From Anthoceros angustus (taxonomy: Eukaryota > Plantae > Anthocerotophyta): a stretch of DNA of 64,000 bases. Location: positions 372,001 to 436,000 of the forward strand of contig MU008154.1 of NCBI GenBank assembly GCA_010909165.1. The letters are read 5' to 3'. Both the position numbers and the translations under genes were made by a program. Below the pieces are notes generated by a model that did no database searches, was not told where the DNA came from, and saw nothing but the letters and a program-made list of their open reading frames with translations. Shown one piece after another: positions 48,300 to 59,744 of the stretch (the stretch's first letter is position 1; each line of letters starts with the position of its first letter).

Positions 48300-49201
48300 C
48301 AAGTTCCAAGTAGCCAACCGTTTAATTGATGATTCGCAGAACACTTGAGCTTTTGAAGCGTTGCTCTTTACTCACTTATAAACCATACAATAGAGTCAGG
48401 TCATTTACGTCCAACTATGAGCTTGTGTAGTTATGCTCTCCATAACAAGCTCTCTCACTAGTTGAACCCAAGTAGACACATGTTAGGGTTTAAGGTAAAC
48501 CTTAGATTGAGGACGTTTTTGATCTATGTATCTAGGCAGCTCTTCTCTAGTGGCTGTGGGAACTCCTATGTAGGAAATTGTTTACATCTAACCACACACA
48601 ACTTCTCGGACATGAAACATAATTAGCATTCGGATACAAAAAGGGTTTATGTGAGCAATAATACAAATTAGGTTGCAATTAAACGAGTATTAAACAATAT
48701 AATTGATCGTGTAGTGAAGAGATGGTTGGAACTTGGTCCAGTATTTTCAAATTTCAGGGGAACAATATCAAAGAAGTTGTAAAACCTAGGTGTGATGGAA
48801 TGACTTCCTAACTTCCGAAAGCCGCTTAGGTTCCTAACTTCCGAGAGTTGCTTAGGTCTGTTGGCTTTACAAGGAACATGAAATAGTAGGAATTGCTTTT
48901 TTTAATATGTAAGAAGAAGAAGAATCTATTACAGAATTGACCGCTAAAAAAAAACTATTACAGAAGAAATAAACTAATTTTCAATCTTTTTTTAATTATG
49001 TTAAGGATGTCCGGATAAATTAGGATGCTTGTTTCTAAATTTAGAATTTTTTTCTAAATATATTTTTTTCTAAATTTTCTATAAGATTATGTCTATAGTT
49101 TATATGAAATTTAAAGATGAAATTTTGCGTATGAAAAAAATGAGGATGATGAATATGCCAAGGAGTTGCAATGTACTCCTAGCTACCATTAATAACCTTG
49201 C

Positions 49202-49344
49202 AGCCATTGTCTATATACTATGACTTAAACTTCCATGTGGACTATAATAGACTTTTTCTTCTTCTTAAACTTGGAGCCATTGTCTATACAGTATGACTTA
49301 AACTCCCAAGTGGACTATAATAACCTTCTTCGTCTTCTTAAACT
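49202..49344. repeat. Two ~70-bp direct repeats, plus an inverted partial copy at ~49493-49507
   Basis: AGCCATTGTCTATA..ATGACTTAAACT..GTGGACTATAA occurs twice; TTATAGTCCACTTGG is its reverse complement. Confidence 0.85.
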
Positions 49345-49727
49345 AGGATTCGGCAGACAACTGTTCTTGAAATTCGACCTTGATTAAATGATGAAACTCG
49401 AAGAATCCGATTACCTATATATATTTGAATATAAATTTTAGAAAATATTTTTATTCTAATTTCAAATAGTCTTATAGAAAAAAAAGAATATTTTATAGTC
49501 CACTTGGACGTCATGAGACTTGATACTTAACAACTTATACCATAGTCTGCCTAAACTACTTACACCAATGGGCATTCGCTCCATAGGACCCCATCTAAGT
49601 ACCCAGCTACGCGGATACGGCGTTCTTAATAATGTGTGTCCATTTGGCCCAAGCCATTTGGACGCCTTATACCTACAAGTATTTAATTTCGTATGTTACC
49701 TCTCTACACTAGTATTGTGATACAATA

Positions 49728-51926
49728 ATGAACCCGCAAGCTATAAAGTCCGGTGCAACAATTCCGGGCGATGGTGCCTTCCCCTGGGTTCTTCGTGCAC
49801 CAGCTTGGAGTCGGGACGAGGATCACGCGATGGCGCACAGAGCGGCGATGAAGCCCGTCCAGCCTTTTCAAGTTCCTCCTGTTCCTCCTTGGCAGAGCTA
49901 TCAGGTGCTCAAGCACCTGCGCGATCTGGAGGAAAAGCTTTGCCTTCTGAAGGCTGTGTGAGTAGATAAGTGAAGAGAGGCACTTGGACATCTGAAATCG
50001 TCGGCTCAGTAGTGTCTGTTTCTTTTGTTGGAGCCTGGGAAGCTGCACAGGGCATTGAGACAGCCGTGGTCTCTTGCAGGAAGGATGAGGCTGAAGTTCT
50101 TCTGTCACGTGAGAGGATGCCTGGCTGGAATAATACTTCAGCTCCAGTGGAGACGGAGCCGGGAATTGATATCTTACCGCCAGGTAGTGAACAGCCTGGG
50201 CGTGGTGGCACTTGCCAAAGTGGTGAGGGAGGAGGCAAGGGTATTGTCCCGGATGATGATGTTCAGGCTAAGAGAGTCTCTCACTTGACGCGTTTAAGGA
50301 AAGCCTTGGAAGGTACATCTGTAGGTTTCGAGGACAGAAAGGCAGCTGTTGCACGAGCTGCGATGAGTCTTTCTCGTGAAGTCGGGAGATTATTGGCACC
50401 GCTGGATGAAGGTTCTGATATCTCGGCTCAAGGACAGAAGGTTGACGTGATAGCTAAGCTTGCCAAAAAGCGGCAAAAAGTGAAGCGGAACAGGAGGTGG
50501 AGAAGCAAACGAAGGCAACATGCTGCCATTGCCGTACAGAAGGTGGGAGGAGGGAGCTTCAGTGTGTTGAGCTTTTGTTTTACGGGAATGAAGCGTACGT
50601 AGGAGGTTGTGGTTGCCATTTAGACCATGTCCCCAGCGCGGAACTGATGTCCTTGTTGCTTTCTGTCGTGCAGGAAAGGGCAGCCTTTGAAAGGATTGAC
50701 TCAGAAGTTGATGCTTGGAGAGCTAGAGAGATTGCAATGGATATAGTGAAGCGTAAGGTCAGTCTGAGATTTTTCTGAATCGCTTTAATGTTGAACTACG
50801 GTGTCGTTTCAACATCAGCATGATGGCATTGCAGATGGAGAACATGAAAGAGATTGCGCAAAAGAAGGCCAAGGAGGACCGGGTTAGGCAAGCCGAAAAG
50901 GTTCCCCCCGTTCTTGAATGTTTGTTTGGCAGACAGTTTGTGCAGCCATCGTCCGACTGCACCTGAATCCCTTCTCCTTTCTGGGCAGCAAGAGATGGGG
51001 TTGCTTGTTAAAAAGCTTCAAGAACTGCGAGCCTTACGCATACAGAAGCTGAAAAAGCAGGGTGAGCAAAGACCTTACCCTTGGGATTCTCCCAATGCTT
51101 GCCACGGTCTGTGCAGCGTTGGGGTTGTTGATTGGAGAGAGTTCTCTGATTGTTTGTTTGCCATCAGGGAGGTTCTTCCCCGAAGAGGATAATGAGTTCA
51201 CAGAGCGGATTCGTTTAGCGGTTGAGGAGGAGGAAAAGCAAGCAGCAGCAGCTGCTGATACAAATGCTGCAGCAGCTGCGATTGCCAATGCATCAGTGGC
51301 AGCGATGTCTGCGACCCTAGCAGTGGCCTCGGATATTCCTAAACAGCGAGTATCAGATGGTTTGGAGGAGGCACAAGGACAGGAGCGTGCGGCCGTGGAC
51401 AAGCCAGAAGCCAAGCTTAATGACTCTTCAGCGAGGGTTGACGCCTCAGCCAAGCAACGGCAGAGTACAGATGGACCAGATCTTACAGCAGACTATCATT
51501 TTGGGAGTCTGCCTCCAGAATTCTACCAGTACTTCTACGGGAGCAATTTTGATATGGGCACTCTGATTGAGGTTTGTGTGCGAGTTCATAATCTCTGTTC
51601 TGTATTTCAATTGTAACATGGAATTTGCCGCATCTCAAGCTAGCTGACGTTGTGCAGGTCAGACGGTCATGGGACGCCTTCATCATGCCAGGGGGCAGGT
51701 TAGTCAGTTGATATTATAGAAAGAATCCCCACAATTCTTGATTCAGAGGTATGATCTACTTTTTGTCTTGTCAATGTGTTTCAGCCGAATACCAGGCCAC
51801 TGGATCCAGGCCCCTGTCCCAGCCGATACTGTGTGGGCCTCTTATCTTGTCAGACCTGCGAACAGCAAAAGAGTGTTGCAGGTCGCAGCAGACGATGAGA
51901 AGCATAGCAAGAAGCAAAGATCTTGA
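49728..51926 (+). CDS. SNRNP59: U11/U12 small nuclear ribonucleoprotein 59 kDa protein (PDCD7-like), multi-exon
   Basis: KVKRNRRWRSKRR, EVDAWRAREIA, KLQELRALRIQKLKKQG.FFPEED, LPPEFYQYFYGSNFDMGTLIEVRRSWDAFIMPGGSRIPGHWIQAP..WASYLV. Confidence 0.9.
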
Positions 51927-52556
51927 CAGCCTGTGCCTTCTGTCGGGTACATCTTGGCAGCGTGGGCCTTCTCGCGGTACAACTTGACCGCAAGAGTTGA
52001 AGGCAGACATTGTCACTGTAGGTGCCAACAGCTCACTGTCAATCACACCTGTTTTATAGGTTGCTGCTGTATTTTCTAGGTGCAACACTTTGTTAGGTCG
52101 ATGCTTCCATCCTTTCATATGTGTGTGTTGTCAACCTGTGGGTTATGATTCGCAGATTTTGCCGGCGAATAACTGCCTGGCAAGAGGTGCTAGCTGCTTT
52201 TTTTGATGGACGGCAACGCAAAGCAATGTATTCAGGGATTATTCCACCATACAAGCAAGCTGAATGTTATGATCATGAAGGTGAAGGGGGCTCCTGTAAT
52301 AGATTCCTTTTGCCACTGTCACACCCCTTCCTATGAATATGAAGGGTTTTTGCAACACCGGCTAGCAGGTTGTCCGATAGGCAGCATGGGACTTGTTCGT
52401 ATTGGGTAGGTGAGACAAGTGCTGCCGGTGTCTGGACCGAAAGTGCTTATTTGGCCAGTAGTGTGGTGGTGGCAGGTGTTGTGGTGATCCAGCTCTACGG
52501 AGCTATCTGGTTTCCATTTTCATCAGTGTATAATCCTCCGTCTCCGAACCAAGTGT

Positions 52557-53336
52557 CTAGAAAAAAAGGAGGCACAAAATGACAAGGCAGCCGAGCAGAA
52601 GCAAAATTCTCGATAGCTGTGCTTCTTGTTGTTGGTCAGGTGTGAGCGGCGGTGGAGAATACAGGCCTCCATGAATACTCTGCACGCCACCGCCGTCTGG
52701 TAGTCCGTGCACGTGAAAGCCGAAGAGGGAGGGGAAAAGGCCGAAGCCCGCCGAGAGCGTGATATTCCCAAATCTGGCAGTGGCTGTAGGCCCGCCGGGA
52801 CCTGACATGTAGTTGAAGCCGTGAGGAGCGTAATGAAGAGCCTGATCTGAAACATGGCGTGCCATATCAGGCCTCTGGCCCGCGGGCCGATGCGGGATGC
52901 TAATCCCTAACACGGCCTTGGTCCTGGGATCCACAGATCCAACCTTCCCTCGGCCGTAGAGAGGAATCACCTTCTCCTCCTCCACATTCCCCTTACACAC
53001 AGGACACTCCTGCGAGATGGAGTGCACCTGCAGCCAGCGGTAGAGACAGGGCCAGCAGAAGAGATGCCCGCACAGCGTCACCACAGGATCCTGCGCCAGT
53101 TCCAGACATATGTTGCAGTCAAAGCTCCCGCCATCGCTGCCGCTGGTGGCCGCCACGGCCGCCACCACCTGGCTCTCATCTCCGGCAGAGTGCTGCGCCG
53201 CAGGCTCCGGCCCCGGATCCTCCTGCTGCGAGGCTGTAGGCTCGCAATCCGCATACACCGCCGCTGATTGAGAACTCGCCTCGGACTGCACGACGCTGGC
53301 GGCTTCCATCTCCTTGCTTTCCGCATCGCTGCTCAT
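52557..53336 (-). CDS. RMA1: RING-HC E3 ubiquitin ligase with C-terminal membrane anchor (RMA/RNF5/RNF185 family); alternative ATG at 53384
   Basis: FDCNICLELAQDPVVTLCGHLFCWPCLYRWL..CPVCK, IPLYGRG, IPHRPAGQR, C-terminal LSRILLLLGCLVILCLLFF*. Confidence 0.93.
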   Translation of the reverse strand: MSSDAESKEMEAASVVQSEASSQSAAVYADCEPTASQQEDPGPEPAAQHSAGDESQVVAAVAATSGSDGGSFDCNICLELAQDPVVTLCGHLFCWPCLYRWLQVHSISQECPVCKGNVEEEKVIPLYGRGKVGSVDPRTKAVLGISIPHRPAGQRPDMARHVSDQALHYAPHGFNYMSGPGGPTATARFGNITLSAGFGLFPSLFGFHVHGLPDGGGVQSIHGGLYSPPPLTPDQQQEAQLSRILLLLGCLVILCLLFF

Positions 53337-54161
53337 CCTAGGCCCGATCCCGACGTCGCGCACCCCGGAAGAAAGGCGCAGCATCCGCTCCCTCTGCCGC
53401 TCCCGCTCCGCTCAGGGGAGCGGGAGCGGCAACTGCAGCCGCGCTATCGCGCCGGAGCTGGTGAGACGTCTCCTTGCTGCGCGCTGTGAGACTCGAGCGC
53501 GGCAGGCGTGCCGCTTGGCAACCTCGCTCACTTCCGCCATGCGAGCTCGAGATTTCCACAACAGGTAACCCTTCCCTTCGAAGCTTCGAAGCTATAGCGA
53601 AAATCTTGTTGCGGAATTTGGAAGCGTTGCGGAAAGCGTTCGCCGTTTCTCAAACTGAAACATGCGCAGGGGCCGAATGCTGAAAGAAGGCTGGAGCCTC
53701 AAGTTTTCACACTTGACAATCGGCGCAGGAAACAACCGAGTCCTGGATTGGCCGGGACTAGGTCTCTGATTTGCTGGGGACAGCAGAAAAATCCTTCAGA
53801 GCTTCAGACAGTAAAAGCCCCAGCAGCGTGGATGGCGTCAGGATATTCTCCGTTTTATCTTCTACGGATCCACGATCGGATGATGAAACCGGCATGGTTC
53901 AATGAACCTCACGGACTAAGTCTGTGGAATATGCAGGCGCATGGAGAGCGAATATGCCGTCATTACGCATACGACATCTCCCGGCGCTGGTAGTGGAAAT
54001 GCGTAGGTGATGCAACGGGCTAGGCAGGGGCGCACCGTTTGTGTCCGCCTCCTGGAGGTGCAGCAGCAGCACAGGAGGACAAGGCGTGACTGATGGAGCG
54101 GGAGGTGGCAGTTGCAGGCAGCCGTTCCGTTGCGTGGTTTGATTGACCACAGCGGTGACCG

Positions 54162-56037
54162 ATGCCAAGCGGCAGGGCCCGCGGGGCTCTGGTCCCGGGG
54201 AGGCAGCAAGGGCACTGGGCGGAGAATTTCGCATCAGGAGCGGCGGCTTCTGTGGTTTCCAAATTGGTGTTGCAGCCCTTTGATACCACCAAGACTTTGC
54301 TCCAGGTGAGTGGTGCTTTCTTGGCTCTCTCGGTCTGTTCTTTGGTCTGATGGATTGGTTCACTGAAGGTCTGCTGGATATTGTTGGAATAAATGCAGAT
54401 GCTTCCACTCTGCTTTCCTCTTGCAGGCGTCCAAGGAGGTGAGGGGGAATTACAAAAATTTGGCAGACTGTGTGGTGGGAATCGTGAAGACCAAAGGGCT
54501 GGGAGGACTGTACTGTGGATTTTTCGCGTCGCTTGCTGTCTCTGCGCCGTCTACGGCTGTGTTTGCTGCCGGGTACGAATTTGCCAAAAATGCGTTGGAG
54601 AAGACCGCTGCCAGTCACCCGCTCGGGGGAGTGTTGCAGCCGTGTGCCCCCATTTTGGCTGCTTCGTTCGGGAACATATTTTCCAGTGTGGTGAGAGTGC
54701 CGCCGGAGGTGGTGAAACAGCAGGTGCAGACAGGGATGTACAGGTGCGCACCTTGGAGCGGTTGCTTCAGGTTAAATTGCTGTGTGCACGTTGTGAGGTT
54801 GAAGTAGATTGACATGGGTTTTGCTTTGTGTGCAGGGACGTTTTTGAAGCCACCAATAGGATTTGGGTCCAGAATGGTGTTGCTGGGTTCTACAGAGGGT
54901 ATTCAAGCATGGTAAGCTACGTACGATAGCATAGAGTGTTTGTGTTGTTAAGGAGAGAGGTGTGTGTGTTTGCCTTGCTGTAGTCACTGCAACGTGTGTT
55001 TGCTCTCCCTTTTCAGGTCCTCAGAGATATACCATATGCAGCCCTTCAATTCATGACCTTCGAGGCACTGAAAAAGCAAAAAGCAATCTGGCTGGAGAAG
55101 CAGAAACGAAACTCACAGACTGGTGAAGTGACCAGACCTCACAACGATCTGGCCCTAAATTTGTGCATCGGTGCTGTAAGCGTGCTCACATTTGACGCAG
55201 TTCTCGCTGCGGATGCTATGATCTGCTGTTTAGAAAATGGAAAAGCCGGGCCGACTATTTGCTGTATACCATGTGATGCAGATTGCTGGTGCCGTTGCCA
55301 GTGTTTTGACAACCCCATTAGATGTGGTGAAGACTCGCGTCATGACAGAACGGACACTCACCGGGCTTGTCTCTGGAGGCATGAGATCAACCATGAAAAA
55401 AATATGGGTAGAAGAGGTAAGGTACTGGATATCTTGTTTTGTTTGGTGGAAAACTTCCTTCCATGCGAAATTCTAAACACAGGGTAAGGTGCAGAGCTTC
55501 TGCCACTAAGTTTGCCGCTATGACCATACTCAGGGACTGCATGGATTTGGCCGCGGCATGGCACCTCGAGTTCTCTACAAGGTGAGCCCCTTGATTTTCT
55601 TCCCTGCCCTGTCAGGTTATAGCTTGCTGAAGCTTGCAGATGAACAGTTTCTCCTTGTCGTTCTGTCAGGTCCCAGCATCAGCCATCTTCCTCATGTGCT
55701 ATGAAGTGACTAAGAAGTTGCTTCGAGCAAGGAATATGCGCTCAACGTTGAGCCGGAACTCTCCCGCCGTGCATAAGGTATGTGTGCTGGCGTGATTGCA
55801 GCTTTTTACACTGATGCGCCGCAAAATGGACACGCTAGGATCTGATTTGCGTATCAAACCAGAGCGGACTTCGTCACTTGATCAAGCCCAGCCAGAACTA
55901 CACCGAGAAACCCACCTCGATCGTGCCCGCACCCCAGGGACCGTGACACGACCAGCCCTACGCCGTTTCCGCCGAAACCTCTGGGTTTTCTTCTTCCGCA
56001 TGTTCAGGCCTTGGCGAATCTCGGAGGTGTTAGATGA
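54162..56037 (+). CDS. Mitochondrial carrier family protein (SAM-carrier-like), multi-exon; both termini uncertain
   Basis: Three PX(D/E)XX(K/R) signatures: PFDTTK, PPEVVK, PLDVVK; also RDIPYAALQF and VPASAIFLMCYE. The last exon (56008-56037) is inferred; without it the stop is at 55792-55794. Confidence 0.85.
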
Positions 56038-56274
56038 TGGTATGTCCAATTGGAAGGGGCGCTGGAAGCAGTGCCGATGGGCGGCGTGTGGAACATACTT
56101 GTGCAGCTGAGAATTGTGCAAATATCAAGCACACTATATTGAAAACAACGGCGTGATACAATGAGAGGTGGATTTGACTGTAGTTTACAATGACCTTCCT
56201 GCGACACCGCAGATCCGGCAAGCTGTCGTACAACCGAACAAAACGGCTGAGGCTGCTCCCAACAAAACTAGGAA

Positions 56275-57410
56275 TCAGCAAGCAGAGTCCATTAATTCTT
56301 GTGCAGTAAGCTCCGGCACGACGGCAACACACTCGTCGTCACTGCTCGACGGTGCACTGCCCTCCCCTTTCTGAAAGACCAGCCTCAATGCTGTCAGCTG
56401 TACAGCACAATTCGCAGCTGCTAATGCTGTAACAATAAGTGATAGAACATCCACACTGCAGTCATGAAACAGGAGAGTACACGTTGCACTTGCCTTAGTC
56501 AGAAGTGACTGACTCTGCAAGTGAGAAGGCTGACAATTCAGATCAATCATCCTGCCAACTGGCTTCTCAGCAAGAGGAAAGAGTTCCAAGTCTTCGTCCC
56601 CAACAGTGATAGCAAATGCTGGAGCATTACTATTGTTCCAATCACTCGACGGGCCCTTCACCTCTTGAGCATGTTCGTGGTGATGGTGGTGGTGATGGTG
56701 GTGGTGGTGGTGGTGGTGATGTTCATTTCCTTGCTGTCTGTTTGCATCCTTCGGTGCCTCTTGGGTTTTAGCCACCACCGCTCCAGCAGCAGCGAGGCCC
56801 TTTAGAGAAGGGATCTGCTGGATCCAGTCACCAAGACAATTAGACAACATCATTGCCATTTATCCCGGGACAGGAGAAACAGACAGACTTACCTCCACCC
56901 TCTGCCCCATTAGAAGGTATCTCTCATGGGTCTTTTTGCCTCCAATGTGTACATCCATGTCACATTGCAAACACAAGGACGTACCATCGATTCCACAAAA
57001 GAAGAATGCTGCATGAACATGAGTGATGCACAGAGATGTCAGCATTCCTCAAGCCTACGAGGTTTGTACACCTCGCAGGACACCTGCAGACACGAAACCC
57101 AATTTAGCCAGCAACCCCAGATCACCAGGTGCATTCTCGCAGATGTCACACCGAGGCACAGAGCGAGCCTCTGCCAACTGCACCCGCACATGTCTGCTTG
57201 CAAGCCTGTTGCAGCCATGAACCTGGACAAAAGCACACACTAAACCAGCTTCAGTGACCCACGGTCGTCCGCATTGTCACACAAACCCCAAAGGCTCTAC
57301 CAGCACCACACATAAACCTTATCATCGCATTTGGGGCAAAGTGCAGCTTCATCAGCAGCGCAGAACAATCGAGCTGGTGCTGCCTCGCAGACGTCACACA
57401 GAGTCCTCAT
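56275..57410 (-). CDS. BBX19: Double B-box zinc-finger protein, BBX18/19-like
   Basis: [30 protein letters not shown]|[22 protein letters not shown]|[21 protein letters not shown]; poly-His tract; DLNCQP EAR-like motif. Confidence 0.93.
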
Positions 57411-57561
57411 CTGTCAACCTCCAATTCCAGGCCAGAAGCACTCCGGCACTCAACCAGACCAGAGTGGCATACACTAGCCCCGTCCAGAACACATCCTTCT
57501 CTCCTACACCTAGCCTTCTCTACGATCTCCTCCCAGACCTACACCCGGCACCGAGAAACGG

Positions 57562-57693
57562 TCACGGAACAGCCTGGGCCACCCATCCTGCTTCATCGTC
57601 CTCTCCCATACCCAACGGCAGAGATGGGGTCGTCAACCCAACATCCATTCCACCGAACATTCTTTGCTTAGTGCTCTTGAGGAAAATTGCCAT
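57562..57693 (-). other. 43-codon upstream ORF in the BBX 5' region
   Basis: MAIFLKSTKQRMFGGMDVGLTTPSLPLGMGEDDEAGWVAQAVP*, ending 151 nt before the BBX ATG; four in-frame ATGs. Confidence 0.55.
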
Positions 57694-58184
57694 CTAATTC
57701 CTTGACAAACAGCCCGTCCACGGCCCTGTCGATAGCCCACAAACACCCAAGTTTCATCCCCCTCCGCCCTGCTCCCTCTCCCTCCCTACGGTCCCATCGG
57801 AGGATCGCCCGGGCTCTTCAATCCTGAAACAAGATCCCAGCAATTCACAAAAATGGACAGCCCACATCAGAGGTTCAAGGAAGGACGACAAGAGGAGCTT
57901 GGATGCGGGAATGCGAACCCACAGGCGAACCAGCCAAACAGCACATCAGCAGGAGCTAGACACGGGAAACGAACATGTACGTCTCCAGGAGTGCAACGGA
58001 TGCATCAACATCGCAATCCGGGATGGATTCAGGGGGTACCGGGCCAGGGCAGGCCAGCCCAGGTTTGGAAGGCACCTGCTCAAGTTGGCGTGAACCACGC
58101 GTGGGAGAGTGGCCTGCGGGGAAAGAATGTGGTCCAAGCAGTCCGAATCTCTTGAGGTTCTGCAACTCTGCCATGTGGACAACA

Positions 58185-58193
58185 AGATATTTT
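58185..58193 (-). promoter_or_regulatory. Evening element AAAATATCT upstream of BBX
   Basis: AGATATTTT on + is an exact evening element on -; duplicated near 59008. Confidence 0.4.
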
Positions 58194-59371
58194 GCAACCC
58201 GCCCATAAATCGCTCCAAGGGGCTCCACCTGACGTGTTCCTGACCTCTCTTATAAAAGTAGATTCACATTACCAATGGGACACAGATGTACTATTCTGCA
58301 ATTCTGCATCCAGTGTCGCAGCCCCATCCAAATCTTCCATCCGTGCTGGTCCGAGAAAGATGTAGATAGCATTGTCCATGGTTTCTCGAACAAGCCTCAA
58401 ATTGCAATGCTTGGCAGTTGGGAGAAGGAAGGAAATGGCAGTCTGATGAGCAACGTAATGACGGTCTTAGTCAGGTGGGTAAAAGGAAGCGTTTTCTAAT
58501 ACATAGAGATGCGACCTTGGTTGTGGGATAAGGGGTGAGGGTACTGAATCAGGGTGTCATTTTGACCCCGTCCCAAGCTCGGTTCCGGTCCCGGCATGTG
58601 TTAAAAAAAACATGGGACCGGAGGTTCTTCAGGAGTCCGGTCCCCACCCTCGGTCTCCGAAAAGATAGGGGACCGAGGGTACATAAAAGGTCCGGTTTAA
58701 AATTAGTAAATTACTTAATTTTATATCCAAGGATTTATATTTATTATGGACACATGGACCCATCTTATAATTGGTATGGTCATAAAGATGCTTACTAGAC
58801 ATTTATATTTTTATATTATTATCTATAAATTATTTATTTAATATTTATTGTATTTAGTGACCAAGGGTCGCAAAGTCACGGCCCTCGCTTCGGACCGAGC
58901 GTATGCTAAGCGGTCCGGATCGAGCTAGTACACGGTCAAATGACACTGAATGTGGTCCAAGCAGTCCGAATCTCTTGAGGTTCTGCAACTCTGCCATGTG
59001 GACAACAAGATATTTTGCAACCCGCCATAAATCGCTCCAAGGGCTCCACCTGACGTGTTCCTGACCTCTCTTATAAAGTAGATTCACATTACCAATGGGA
59101 CACAGATGTACTATTCTGCAATTCTGCATCCAGTGTCGCAGCCCCATCCAAATCTTCCATCCGTGCTGGTCCGAGAAAGATGTAGATAGCATTGTCCATG
59201 GTTTCTCGAACAAGCCTCAAATTGCAATGCTTGGCAGTTGGGAGAAGGAAGGAAATGGCAGTCTGATGAGCAACGTAATGACGGTCTTAGTCAGGTGGGT
59301 AAAAGGAAGCGTTTTCTAATACATAGAGATGCGACCTTGGTTGTGGGATAAGGGTGAGGGTCTTGAATCAG

Positions 59372-59744
59372 GGTGTCATTTGACCCGTCCCAAGCTCGGT
59401 TCGGTCCGGCATGTGTTAAAAACATGGGACGGAGGTTCTTCAGTCGGTCCCACCTCGGTCTCCGAAAAGATAGGGGCCAGGGTACATAAAGGTCCGGTTT
59501 AAAATTAGTAAATTACTTAATTTTATATCCAAGGATTTATATTTATTATGGACACATGGACCCATCTTATAATTGGTATGGTCATAAAGATGCTTACTAG
59601 ACATTTATATTTTTATATTATTATCTATAAATTATTTATTTAATATTGTATTTAGTGACCAAGGGTCGCAAAGTCACGGTCCTGCCGTTCGGACCGAGCG
59701 TATGCTAAGCGGTCCGGGGAGCTAGTACACGGTCAAATGACACC
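59372..59744. mobile_element. MITE-like element with 14-bp TIR GGTGTCATTTGACC (second copy 58553-58946)
   Basis: Perfect inverted repeats at 59372-59385 and 59731-59744; AT-rich core; no ORF; no clear TSD. Confidence 0.7.

Larger units (their letters stand above)
58125..59744. repeat. ~820-bp tandem duplication upstream of the BBX gene (probable assembly artefact)
   Basis: 58125-58947 recurs at 58948-59744. Junction microhomology ATGTGGT; differences are mostly 1-2 bp indels. Confidence 0.9.

Noticed and set aside
49680-49715. Helitron 3' end at CTAG (~49709)
   Set aside because: No GC-rich hairpin immediately upstream.
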